From: Bacteroidales bacterium
Lineage (GTDB): Bacteria; Bacteroidota; Bacteroidia; Bacteroidales; CAIWKO01
Assembly: GCA_035389045.1 (NCBI GenBank)
Contig: DAOORA010000012.1
Span: forward strand, 1 to 64,000
Reading direction: 5' to 3'
DNA: 64,000 bases
Shown: piece by piece, positions 19,101 to 27,823 of the stretch
How positions within the stretch are numbered: position 1 is the stretch's first letter
Layout of the letters: every line of letters begins with the position of its first letter
Made by a program: the position numbers and the translations under genes
The notes under the pieces: model-generated
Told to the model about the DNA's origin: nothing
Seen by the model: the letters and a program-made list of their open reading frames with translations, nothing else
Database searches by the model: none

Positions 19101-19745
19101 TTTCAGTACCATGTTTTGCCAAAGGTCTGTTCGGAAATTTGCGTAGTCCTTATAGAGGTATTTGGTGATATTCTCTTCTTCAAGTAGGCTTTCTTCCTTG
19201 ATCGAAGCCGGAATACCCATTAAAAGACAATCGGCGGCAAGGCATAACCAAAGAAGCTGAAACTCGTTTTCTGTCAGTGTAAAAAGATTAAATTCAAGTT
19301 GATCAACAGAATTATGAATATAGAACCGGATTTTTTCAAAGTTCGAGGTAATTACATAGATACAGTCCGTTTGGTTGTTCTTGTAATTAAAGGCCTGTTG
19401 GTTGATATTATCCAAATGCCGGGTGTCGGTTCCTTTAAGTTCGATAACAGCAATAGCTTTGCCAAGTGATAAAATTGCACCATCGGCTTTTTTGGAACCG
19501 GTAAGGTTCTTAAATTCAGTGGTGAGATTGAAATTCGGTTCGGGGTTGATAGTATAACCAAAGATGTTTACAAACAATTCCCGAAGGAAGCCCTCCTGAA
19601 ATTGTTCTTCTTTGGCATTGCGGATGTTGTTCTGGATTTCGGGATTATGAAAATATGCAGTGAATTTTTTATAGGCAGACTGAACAAGACCAGCATTAAG
19701 GGTTTTGAGGTATCTGTTGATGACAGCGTTCTGAAAAAATGACAT
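16116..19745 (-). CDS. Type IIG (Eco57I-like) restriction-modification enzyme with in-frame Y1-transposase insert
   Basis: N-terminal ADG...IELK nuclease motif, FNGGLF, GIFYTP, DPACGSGAFL (motif I), GVDIN, GFDVVIGNPPY (motif IV), TaqI_C-like TRD, IDRMVYELYGLTEDEI C-terminus. Confidence 0.92.
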   Translation of the reverse strand: MSFFQNAVINRYLKTLNAGLVQSAYKKFTAYFHNPEIQNNIRNAKEEQFQEGFLRELFVNIFGYTINPEPNFNLTTEFKNLTGSKKADGAILSLGKAIAVIELKGTDTRHLDNINQQAFNYKNNQTDCIYVITSNFEKIRFYIHNSVDQLEFNLFTLTENEFQLLWLCLAADCLLMGIPASIKEESLLEEENITKYLYKDYANFRTDLWQNMVLKNPHADQLTLFKKTQKLLDRFLFIYFAEDSGLLPPNSIIRMVERWQVLKEEDAYKPLYDIFRQFFGYINTGRKGKTDNDDIFAFNGGLFLPDEILDTISIDDEVLQKHTKKLSTYDFQSEVDVNILGHIFENSLNEVENVKAQIEGHEADRSKSKRKKDGIFYTPRYITKYIVENTLGKLCKEKKAELGIIDEEYAKDRRKRKKATLHELDDRLKAYREWLLNITICDPACGSGAFLNQALEFLIEEHQYIDELQAQLLGSSFVFPDVENHILERNIFGVDINEESVEIARLSLWLRTAQRGRKLTSLNNNIKCGNSLIDDPSVAGAKAFNWQKEFPDIFKEKKKKAWHITTATHDTRTSQRMIDYKVRQRRANGEMHIDRSICFDDEDSIKIAEIFCDIITEDLLNCLAFNVCYDHVHIVLVCEEEELTNIVRKLKGKSAQKFKEYKSIAKDETFHLWQQKFHKTEITDQQQLYNTIKYIRTNREKHHLPDISKGLQPLADIRAANTEPNDTVESYKGLQPLVILDENKGLQHFIDKMTCTIEHAFRTEYKGGFDVVIGNPPYGAVLNEKEKRFVLANYTCYKGNFDIYSAFIQHAFKLIKKNGYCSYINPVSWQSGENYFFLRDYISNNSTLEIAIKLPYDVFEDAYVDTGVYVLRKRTQPFYSTLVYDFPTRAKYNGDLTTDITFKELPSTYWQNLSSLRIVLSPVFYELLSKVNKDIVPLSSVSSSIRGILPNENDVSNEYIPTYKKYFVGSLNRYIHTDDFIWVNYGEHLKEKPKDFGYFQGDRLLIRRIISRQFRIMADLVNEEFVNKKDYYNLKLTDAGYDIRYVLAIVCSQLVSFLKTRGSTTATKDDFAQLSLSDVRGIPIKPIDLKDQKLFVDKVDIMLLKTKELHAHLLKFIKLLSSKFATLKITNKLQDWPSLDFKAFIKELDKQKIKLPLYEQAEWISYFELEKQKAQTLKSEIEKTDKEIDRMVYELYGLTEDEIRIVEGK
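17533..17554. repeat. Perfect 22-bp REP-like palindrome
   Basis: ACAAGGGGCTGCAGCCCCTTGT. Confidence 0.9.
17592..17633. repeat. Perfect 42-bp palindrome with the same REP-like core
   Basis: CCGGATATCAGCAAGGGGCTG|CAGCCCCTTGCTGATATCCGG. Confidence 0.92.
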
Positions 19746-19872
19746 AATTATGCATATAATAATGCATAAAAATATAAATTATTTGTCAGATAGGAGAAAA
19801 AAGAAAGAGATTTTATCAGAACAAAAGTATATATTGAAATTCTTATTATTAAATTAATAATCAAAATATTAA

Positions 19873-20571
19873 TCACTTTTTCTTGTTCATCACAGCAGCC
19901 ACAGCAAGTATTATCCCTAAAACGATACCCAGTATGGCTGCAAAAAGCACCTGGAAATGTGCAGGCAGCAGGAACGTAATGGTGTGTGCCGGAAACCAGA
20001 AAAGAGGTATGGTTTTTTTGTAAACGAAGTTCCATTGAACGTCCCAGTTAATACCCGAAAATATTTTTGCAAAAGGTATGGGCGTAACAAGCGACTTTAA
20101 ACTCCCGTGGTTCATGGCAATATGAGTATCTGTGATCTTGTGAAAGGTCATCATCACCGGGGCATAAGCCATATTAAGACAGACACTGATACAGAAGGCC
20201 GATAATAATTTCAATCCGCTGAAGGAACCTTTCATGGCATCTAAAGCGCCCTCTGCACCAAAATATTTTTCAAGACAAACCGGTGTCCCGGTAGAGAATA
20301 TTTTAAATGCTATGGCAATGGTGGCTCCCAGCAAAGCCCATACTACGGCCCGTGGAATAATACCGAAACCTTTCTCAAAATACCTCCCGGTCTTGATACG
20401 CAGCCCTATAAGCTCGCCTGTGGTGGCCAGGATGCTGAATTTAAGCATAGCCAGCAGAATGGGCTGTGCCGTATTTGCTTCAATATAAAATTTATACAAG
20501 GCAGGAAAAACAACAAATGGCAGAAACAGGGCTGCCAGGAACAAAATCATGTACAGGTCTTTGATTTTCAT
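19873..20571 (-). CDS. Multi-pass membrane protein, Mpv17/PMP22-like
   Basis: Several hydrophobic helices; FWFPAHTITFLLPAHFQVLFAA resembles the Mpv17/PMP22 C-terminal motif. Confidence 0.6.
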   Translation of the reverse strand: MKIKDLYMILFLAALFLPFVVFPALYKFYIEANTAQPILLAMLKFSILATTGELIGLRIKTGRYFEKGFGIIPRAVVWALLGATIAIAFKIFSTGTPVCLEKYFGAEGALDAMKGSFSGLKLLSAFCISVCLNMAYAPVMMTFHKITDTHIAMNHGSLKSLVTPIPFAKIFSGINWDVQWNFVYKKTIPLFWFPAHTITFLLPAHFQVLFAAILGIVLGIILAVAAVMNKKK

Positions 20572-20616
20572 ATTTTTATTGAACTAAAATAATAATAAAT
20601 TCATGCAAATAACTAT

Positions 20617-21516
20617 TTATGACCGCGGGTGATACTGAATAATGGCATCCCGCAGGAACTCCCTGTCCAGATGCGTATATATCTCAGTGGTGGTAATGGA
20701 TTCATGTCCCAGCATATCCTGCACAGCCCTCAGGTCGGCGCCTCCTTCGATCAGATGGGTGGCAAATGAATGACGGAATGTGTGAGGACCAATTCTTTTT
20801 TTCAGGCCGATCTTTTCAGCCAGCCCCTTGATGATCAGAAAGATCATCTGTCGGCTCAGCCGGGTACCCCGGCTGTTCAAAAACAGAATATCTGCATTGC
20901 CTTTTTTAATTTCAACATGAACACGCACTTTCTCTATATATATACGGATCTGTTTCATGGCAACCTTTCCTATCGGCGCCAGCCGTTCTTTATTGCCTTT
21001 ACCGATGACACGAACAAAACCATCATTGAAGTATATATCAGAAATTTTCAGGTTCACCAGTTCAGAAACACGTAATCCGCATCCATAAAGGGTTTCCAGT
21101 ATTGCCTTATTCCTTTCGCCTTGCGGGAGGCTCAGGTCAATGGCATCTATCAGGACATCTATTTCCTGAATACTCAGAATATCAGGCAGTTTTCTGGTTA
21201 TTCTTGGTGATTCAAGTAATTCGGCAGGGTCATTTTTGACAATGTTCTCAATGATAAGGTATTTGTAAAATGCACGCAATCCGGATATCACTCTTGCCTG
21301 GGTATACGGGCTCATGCCAAGTTCGCTGACCCATTTTACAAAATCCTGAACATGTTTCAGCTCAACCTGTCCGGGGCTCAACGATTGTCCGGTATAATCA
21401 AGGTACTGAACAAATTTTTCCACATCATGCAGGTATGCAGCGATTGAATTTCCGGAAAGTGATTTTTCAAGCAGCAGGAACGAACGAAAACCTTTGGTAT
21501 AATTGTTCCAGTTCAC
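20617..21516 (-). CDS. xerD: Site-specific tyrosine recombinase XerD
   Basis: LEKSLSGNSIAAY, LYGCGLRVSEL, GKGNKER, PHTFRHSFATHL.EGGADLR.VQ.MLGHESITTTEIYTH. Confidence 0.92.
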   Translation of the reverse strand: MNWNNYTKGFRSFLLLEKSLSGNSIAAYLHDVEKFVQYLDYTGQSLSPGQVELKHVQDFVKWVSELGMSPYTQARVISGLRAFYKYLIIENIVKNDPAELLESPRITRKLPDILSIQEIDVLIDAIDLSLPQGERNKAILETLYGCGLRVSELVNLKISDIYFNDGFVRVIGKGNKERLAPIGKVAMKQIRIYIEKVRVHVEIKKGNADILFLNSRGTRLSRQMIFLIIKGLAEKIGLKKRIGPHTFRHSFATHLIEGGADLRAVQDMLGHESITTTEIYTHLDREFLRDAIIQYHPRS

Positions 21517-21645
21517 GAAAACTATTTTATCAATTGCAGAACCCCGGACAGCAAATCACAGAAAAGTGTTTTTACGATATACGTCTATGTTATCTAAGGC
21601 CCTTATTATATTTACAATTACAATATTCTTAACTGATCATAAAGA

Positions 21646-22365
21646 TTACCAACCACTTGCAAGAACGTCAACAATATGCATCGTATTTATGGGCAGTTTG
21701 TGCTTTGAGATATATCCCTGCAGGTGCATCAGGCAGGAAGCCTCGGTGGACACAATGTAATTTGCCCCGCTGTCGATGGCATTCTGAACTTTCTGTTCGC
21801 CCATAGCAGTGGATATTGGTTCAAACTTCACAGAAAACGTACCGCCAAAACCGCAGCATACATCGTTATCTTTCATCTCGACAAGATCAAGCCCTCTGAC
21901 ATGGCTAAGCAATTTACGGGGCTGATTTTTTATGCCATACTCCCGCAAAGCGGCACAGGCGTCATGATAGGTGATCACATTGTTGAATTCAGCTCCCAGG
22001 TCATCCACATTCAAAACCGTGACTAAGAAGTCCGTAAACTCAAAGATATTTTTCTGCAATTGCTTGCATTGATTGTGTAATGAAGTATTATTGAACAGTT
22101 CTGAATAATAATTCCTTACCATCCCTACACATGAGGCCGATGGAGCAACCACATACCGGTTGTTGGAAAAATCATGTATGAACTTCTCTCCCATCCTGCG
22201 TGCATCTTCCCAGAAACCGCTGTTGAAAGCCATCTGTCCGCAGCAGGTCTGCTCTGTATTATAGTCAACGCCAATGCCGAGTTTCTCAAATATCTTCACC
22301 ATGTTCATGCCCACCTGTGGATACACCTGATCGACAAAACACGGAACAAATAAATCAACTATCAT
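21646..22365 (-). CDS. (Fe-S)-binding CCG-domain protein, LutA/YkgE family
   Basis: LFVPCFVDQ, QTCCGQ, SASC, YHDAC, CCGFGGTFSVK, SCLMHL. Start at ATG 22365, because a TACATTTG box at 22387-22394 overlaps the TTG at 22389. Confidence 0.88.
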   Translation of the reverse strand: MIVDLFVPCFVDQVYPQVGMNMVKIFEKLGIGVDYNTEQTCCGQMAFNSGFWEDARRMGEKFIHDFSNNRYVVAPSASCVGMVRNYYSELFNNTSLHNQCKQLQKNIFEFTDFLVTVLNVDDLGAEFNNVITYHDACAALREYGIKNQPRKLLSHVRGLDLVEMKDNDVCCGFGGTFSVKFEPISTAMGEQKVQNAIDSGANYIVSTEASCLMHLQGYISKHKLPINTMHIVDVLASGW

Positions 22366-22550
22366 TGAATTTTTCTTTACGGAAAGCAAATGTAGAAATA
22401 AATTTTGTTTTTTAGTACTTTTGATAAATTATTCAAATGAAATATAACCGGAAAATTTCAAATCCATATGTCAGGAAAAAACATTATATTTTCTTCTAAT
22501 GTTTTATTGCCTGCTGGATGGAGGTTTTTTGGAATTGAAATCTTGATCAG

Positions 22551-23315
22551 ATGGCTCAGCGCTATTTTATAAAACTTGCTTTCGACGGGAGTCACTACCA
22601 TGGCTGGCAGCAACAGCCTAATGCCTTAAGCATCGAGCACATGGTTGGGGAGGCAGTGTGTACTATCCTGAGGCACAATGTAAGTGTTACCGGATGCGGA
22701 CGCACCGATACCGGTGTCCATGCCAGGGAATTTTACGCTCACTTTGACACAGAACCCATTATTGAAAATGAAGAGAATACGGTATATAAACTCAACGGGG
22801 TGCTGCCGGACGACATCGCCATACAACGGCTGATCAAAGTTAAACCGGATGCCCACGCACGTTTTTCTGCCCTAAGAAGAACTTATCAATATTTCATAAA
22901 TGCAAACCGGAGCCCTTTCGATAACAAATATTCTTACTTTTACTATAAGAACCTCGATATTGCACTGATGAATGAAACCTGCCTTATTCTAAAATCGTTC
23001 AGGAACTTTTCATGCTTCGCCAAATCGCATACCCAGGTTAAAAACTTCCTGTGTACCATACATGAAGCAACATGGGTAAATGAAGACGGGCGGCATATTT
23101 TCACCATCACGGCCAACCGCTTTCTCAGAAATATGGTGAGGGCCATAGTGGGCACAATGCTCGATGTGGGAACACATAAAATCAGTCCTGAGGATTTCAG
23201 GACGATCATCGAAAAAGGTACACGCTCGGATGCAGGAATGTCGGTTCCTGCAAAGGGGCTGTTTTTAACGGCGGTAGAATACCCCGAAGATATATTTTAT
23301 AAAAATAATATATAG
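22551..23315 (+). CDS. truA: tRNA pseudouridine(38-40) synthase
   Basis: FDGSHYHGWQ.QPN, GCGRTDTGVHA, HARFSA..RTY, ANRFLRNMVR.IVG, PAKGLFL. Confidence 0.96.
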   Translation: MAQRYFIKLAFDGSHYHGWQQQPNALSIEHMVGEAVCTILRHNVSVTGCGRTDTGVHAREFYAHFDTEPIIENEENTVYKLNGVLPDDIAIQRLIKVKPDAHARFSALRRTYQYFINANRSPFDNKYSYFYYKNLDIALMNETCLILKSFRNFSCFAKSHTQVKNFLCTIHEATWVNEDGRHIFTITANRFLRNMVRAIVGTMLDVGTHKISPEDFRTIIEKGTRSDAGMSVPAKGLFLTAVEYPEDIFYKNNI

Positions 23316-23346
23316 ATTTAGATAACCAATTATAAATAAACCGTTT

Positions 23347-24774
23347 ATGATTAAATACCATTCCAAAACCAAAATCGTAGCGACCATTGGCCCTGCATCA
23401 GCATCAAAAAGTATCTTAAAACGAATGATCAATGAAGGAGTGGATGTTTTCAGGATAAACTTCTCTCATTCCACCCAAAAGGAATTTGCAACGCTGACTT
23501 CCCTTATCAAAGAACTGAATGTTGAAACAGGCAGTCATGTTGCCGTGCTGGCCGATCTGCAAGGCCCCAAATTAAGAATTGGCGTGATAGAAAATAACAA
23601 GGCCGATTTGAAAACCGGCGACATGCTGAGCCTGGTCACTAAAAAATGCACCGGCACCAGGCAGCAGGTATATATGAGTTATCAAAACTTCCCTAAAGAT
23701 GTAAGTGTCGGAGAATCAATACTTATTGATGACGGAAAGATTAAACTCGAGGTTGTAGATACCAATAAAAAAGACACAGTCAAGACAAAGGTTGTCTTTG
23801 GCGGAACGCTTTCATCTCATAAAGGGGTAAACCTGCCGGATACCAGCATATCATTGCCTTGCCTTACGAAAGAAGATATTTCCAATGCCGTGTTTGCACT
23901 GAAGCACGGCGCCGACTGGATTGCATTATCATTTGTCAGGAAAGCTGATGATGTAACGGAGCTAAAAGAACTTATCAGGAAATATAAAGGGCATGCGGGA
24001 GTCATTGCAAAAATTGAAAAACCTGAAGCGCTGAAAGAGATTGACCAGATCATTGCATTTGCCGACGGCTTGATGGTTGCACGCGGAGATATGGGTGTAG
24101 AAATGCCTTTTGATGAAGTTCCGCTGATTCAAAAACATATTATCGAAAAATGTATCCGTCATGCTAAACCGGTGATTGTTGCCACTCAGATGATGGAAAG
24201 CATGATAACTAATTTCTCTCCTACACGTGCCGAAGCTACCGATGTAGCCAATGCCGTGCTCGATGGCGCTGATGCGCTCATGCTCAGCGGTGAAACATCG
24301 ATTGGTAAGTTTCCGGTCGAAACCATCATAAACATGCAGAAAATTATTCAATATACCGAAACACATGGAGCGCCCTACAGCAAAATAAATGCTCCCAATG
24401 AATCATCGCCTGATTATCTTGCCGATTCGGTCTGTTACAATGCCTCCGCACTGGCCAAACAGATCAATGCAAAAGCTATTGTTACGTTTACACACTCAGG
24501 CTATACAGCCAGGCAGATATCAGCCAACCGGCCGGTAACCGATATTTTTGTGTTTACCAATATTGAAAGGCTGATACGTTATCTCTCACTTATGTGGGGC
24601 GTGAAAGTATTTTACCTGAAATCGTACGAAAAAATGGAAGAGTCTATCGGGGAATCCATATCCATCCTCAGAACCAAGAAATTATTACGCCGCGGCGACC
24701 GGGTTATCCATGTAGGCAGTTCCCCACTGAACGAACACGGAAAAACAAATATTTTAAAAGTCAGTCTTGTATGA
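23347..24774 (+). CDS. pyk: Pyruvate kinase
   Basis: TKIVATIGPAS, RINFSH, DLQGPKLR, IAKIEK, MVARGD.GVE, ATQMMESM, MLSGET. Confidence 0.97.
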   Translation: MIKYHSKTKIVATIGPASASKSILKRMINEGVDVFRINFSHSTQKEFATLTSLIKELNVETGSHVAVLADLQGPKLRIGVIENNKADLKTGDMLSLVTKKCTGTRQQVYMSYQNFPKDVSVGESILIDDGKIKLEVVDTNKKDTVKTKVVFGGTLSSHKGVNLPDTSISLPCLTKEDISNAVFALKHGADWIALSFVRKADDVTELKELIRKYKGHAGVIAKIEKPEALKEIDQIIAFADGLMVARGDMGVEMPFDEVPLIQKHIIEKCIRHAKPVIVATQMMESMITNFSPTRAEATDVANAVLDGADALMLSGETSIGKFPVETIINMQKIIQYTETHGAPYSKINAPNESSPDYLADSVCYNASALAKQINAKAIVTFTHSGYTARQISANRPVTDIFVFTNIERLIRYLSLMWGVKVFYLKSYEKMEESIGESISILRTKKLLRRGDRVIHVGSSPLNEHGKTNILKVSLV

Positions 24775-24790
24775 GGCCGTGATATACTTT

Positions 24791-25654
24791 TTATTCACAG
24801 TCACTGCTGATACTTAAAACATAATTGTTGATTACGTCCAACTGGCTGGCTGTTTGACTGCCGGCAAATCCCGAAATATTTTCATAGGAAATTTTCGCCC
24901 TGTATTCTTTTAAATATATCCGGGCCAGCGGCAGGTACGACCAGTGCCACTTCTCTTCCTCGTAGCCGTTTTTACGTTTTTCACCTTTGGCGCTGAAAGG
25001 CTGGCAGAAGCCATAGGTGCTGGCATTATTGCGAAGCCAGTCATAGACTTTTTTCCCGGCAGCCGTTTCAAAATATCCGGGGTCAATACTGTTAAGGTCA
25101 ACATCGGTACCCCAGTGATGGCGCGATGTACCAGGCATGGAGCTGTATTTCAGAATTATCCCTGCACGTTCTGCAGGGTCTTTCACGGCTTGTGCAAGGT
25201 TTTTCCCTTCCACCGTCCGTCCGCCATTCCATTTTTGTTCCCATATTGATTTCTGATACCTGAAATTCCTGGTCCCTGAAACAATTTTCAGCGCTACTCC
25301 ATCGTTTTTCGCAGCATAAAACATTTTGATAAATGCTTTATATGTTTCTTTCTTTATAAAAATGCCGGAACGGCTGGCATATTCCGGATCACATTCCGTA
25401 AACGAACTGTCTTTCACCGGGTCAAATTTACCCGTCAGGAATTCGACACTAACTGTACTATCCGTTTTTCCGGCTCCGGCTCCGGGTTTTTCTTTTATGG
25501 TATCGTCCACGATACTAATGTTGCTGGCTGAAGAATTAATATCTTTCTTGCTTTTATGAATAAAAAAATAATACGTGCACAACAACAACAGGCTTATCGC
25601 AATGAAAATACCGCTCCCCTTAAATACGTTCATTCCGGAATTAATGGTCATCAT
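24791..25654 (-). CDS. M15 family D,D-carboxypeptidase (VanY-like)
   Basis: N-terminal TM, VSGTR, PGTSRHHWGTDVD (SxHxxGxxxD), EEEKWHW. Confidence 0.88.
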   Translation of the reverse strand: MMTINSGMNVFKGSGIFIAISLLLLCTYYFFIHKSKKDINSSASNISIVDDTIKEKPGAGAGKTDSTVSVEFLTGKFDPVKDSSFTECDPEYASRSGIFIKKETYKAFIKMFYAAKNDGVALKIVSGTRNFRYQKSIWEQKWNGGRTVEGKNLAQAVKDPAERAGIILKYSSMPGTSRHHWGTDVDLNSIDPGYFETAAGKKVYDWLRNNASTYGFCQPFSAKGEKRKNGYEEEKWHWSYLPLARIYLKEYRAKISYENISGFAGSQTASQLDVINNYVLSISSDCE

Positions 25655-26600
25655 TTAGAAAATGTATTACGTCGGACACAATATCCTCCGCGTTAAGTCC
25701 GAATTTTTTCAGGAGTTCTTCCGGTTTTCCGGATTCGCCAAAAGTATCCTTTACTCCGATGATTTTCATTTTTACCGGATAGTTTTGAGACACCACTTCG
25801 GCCACGGCGCTGCCCAGACCGCCATTGATCTGATGCTCTTCAACGGTGACTATTCTATGGGTGTCACGGGCAGCTTTAATGATGATCCGGCTATCAAGCG
25901 GTTTGATGGTATGAATGTTTATGACTCGGGCGCTGATGCCGCTCTTTCCCAGCAGATATGAAGCCTGCAATGCCTCCCACACCATATGTCCTGTGGCAAT
26001 AAGACAAACGTCTTTGCCTTCTTTGAGCAGTTGCCCTTTTCCTATATCCGTTTCCATATTTCCGTCCATAAAATCCGGTACGGCTTCACGTCCAAAACGA
26101 ATATAAACCGGACCTTTCAGCTGCTCCACTGCCATTCGGGTAAGCAGCCTTGCCTGGGTGGCATCACAGGGTGAAAGCACCGTCATATTCGGAAGCGCAC
26201 GCATGACAGCGATATCCTCCAATGCCTGATGGGTGGCGCCGTCGGGGCCTACCGAGATCCCGGCATGAGCGCCCCCGATGATCACATGCAGATTATTATA
26301 ACAAACAGAGACCCTGATCTGGTCTGACGAACGCAAAGAAGCAAAAACGCCATAGGTCGAAAATACAGGTATTTTTCCACTTAAAGCAAGGCCGGCAGCA
26401 ACTCCTGCACAATTTTGTTCGGCTATCCCTAATGAAAAAAACCGCCCGGGAAATTCCTTTGCAAACAGGTCCAGTCCTACCGAAGCCGTGATATCAGCGC
26501 CAAGAACCATTAGTTCGGGATGCAGCCTTCCGGCATCAAGTACGCCCTCTCCAAAGCCTGTCTTAGTGGGTTTACTGCCCCTGTTAACATAGTGCATCAT
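25641..26600 (-). CDS. Transketolase, C-terminal subunit
   Basis: GIAEQN, GPDGATHQALED, GPVYIRFGR, TIKPLD, EEHQINGGLGSAV. Confidence 0.92.
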   Translation of the reverse strand: MMHYVNRGSKPTKTGFGEGVLDAGRLHPELMVLGADITASVGLDLFAKEFPGRFFSLGIAEQNCAGVAAGLALSGKIPVFSTYGVFASLRSSDQIRVSVCYNNLHVIIGGAHAGISVGPDGATHQALEDIAVMRALPNMTVLSPCDATQARLLTRMAVEQLKGPVYIRFGREAVPDFMDGNMETDIGKGQLLKEGKDVCLIATGHMVWEALQASYLLGKSGISARVINIHTIKPLDSRIIIKAARDTHRIVTVEEHQINGGLGSAVAEVVSQNYPVKMKIIGVKDTFGESGKPEELLKKFGLNAEDIVSDVIHFLNDDH

Positions 26601-26611
26601 AATTAGGATCT

Positions 26612-27442
26612 TTAAACAAGCATTGCTATAAACCGCTGAGCTTCTTCTTTCGATGGGGCTTTTCCATGCCAGCGGTAATCGTTTTCAACCGTACTCACCC
26701 CTTTGCCCATCAAGGTATGCGCCAGGATTATTTTTGGTTTAAAGTTCAACTCCTGAGTGGTATCAAATGCAGATAATATCTCTTCATGATTGTTACCGTT
26801 GCATTCGCAAACCTGCCAGCCAAAACTTCTCCACTTATCCCCAAGTGGTTCTAATTCCATAACATCGGATGTTTTTCCGTCGATCTGAAGTTTGTTGCGG
26901 TCAACGATGACACAAATATTATCCAGCTTATGATGTGCAGCGCTCATGGCGGCTTCCCAAACCGAACCTTCCTGCAACTCGCCATCGCCCATAACACAGT
27001 ATATCCTGTGGTTTTCATTGTTATACCTGGCGGCGATCGCCATACCCGCAGATACCGACAAGCCCTGCCCCAGCGAACCGGCCGACAGTTCAATACCCGG
27101 TAACCCGTGATCTCTGCCCGGGTGACCCTGCAGACGTGAACCCAGCTTGCGCAAGGTCATTAATTCTTCTTTCGGAAAATATCCGGCATGAGCCAGGGCA
27201 GCATAAAGCACAGGCGCTACATGACCGATAGACAAGACCAGACGATCACGTTTCGGCCACGACGGATCCTGTGGGTTGTGATTCATAACTGCAAAATACA
27301 GGCAGGTAAACACATCGGCCAGACCCAGGGAAGCCCCTGTATGCCCCGAACCTGCTTCAGCAAGGCTCAGCAAAATATCTTTCCGGATATTGAACGATAT
27401 TTTTTTCAGTTCTTCAATATCACGTATATGCTTGATTATCAT
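26612..27442 (-). CDS. Transketolase, N-terminal (TPP-binding) subunit
   Basis: GSGH, RDRLVLS.GH, LQGHP, GSLGQG, GDGELQEG, WHGKAP. Confidence 0.93.
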   Translation of the reverse strand: MIIKHIRDIEELKKISFNIRKDILLSLAEAGSGHTGASLGLADVFTCLYFAVMNHNPQDPSWPKRDRLVLSIGHVAPVLYAALAHAGYFPKEELMTLRKLGSRLQGHPGRDHGLPGIELSAGSLGQGLSVSAGMAIAARYNNENHRIYCVMGDGELQEGSVWEAAMSAAHHKLDNICVIVDRNKLQIDGKTSDVMELEPLGDKWRSFGWQVCECNGNNHEEILSAFDTTQELNFKPKIILAHTLMGKGVSTVENDYRWHGKAPSKEEAQRFIAMLV

Positions 27443-27448
27443 TATCGG

Positions 27449-27706
27449 TTATTCTTTTTCAGCTTCGTCCTTTTTGATGACAACTATGGTAAAATCATTA
27501 ACCATTGCTGCCAGCGCTCCCACGGCTGCCAGCACCGGGAGCAAAGCAGCGCCGACAAATCCAATGGTCAGGGGTATCTCCATGAAAACCCGCTCTTTAT
27601 CATCTTTAATAATGATGCGGCGGATATTTCCTTCATGGATCAACTGCTTTATTATTTCAAGGAGCTTCTCCCCTTTTACTTTAAACTCAGATCTGTTTTC
27701 TTCCAT
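27449..27706 (-). CDS. DUF4342 domain protein
   Basis: IKQLIHEGNIRRIIIK...EIPLTIG..GA.L.PVLAAVGALAA. Confidence 0.85.
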   Translation of the reverse strand: MEENRSEFKVKGEKLLEIIKQLIHEGNIRRIIIKDDKERVFMEIPLTIGFVGAALLPVLAAVGALAAMVNDFTIVVIKKDEAEKE

Positions 27707-27823
27707 CGTTATTGATATCTATGAATGTGCAGCTACTTCAATTTATTTTTGATTTAAAAAGGTAAACGGTCCCGGAATGAAAATACCATTTAAACCAGGA
27801 AAAAATACTTTGTCCTAACTACA

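Noticed and set aside
13246..21516. Integrative island from tRNA-Lys to the tyrosine recombinase
   Set aside because: The recombinase is a typical housekeeping XerD, and I found no duplicated tRNA 3' end (att) by eye.
24791..25654. Vancomycin-resistance locus (VanY-like gene)
   Set aside because: Lone M15 peptidase in a housekeeping context with no van ligase or regulators.
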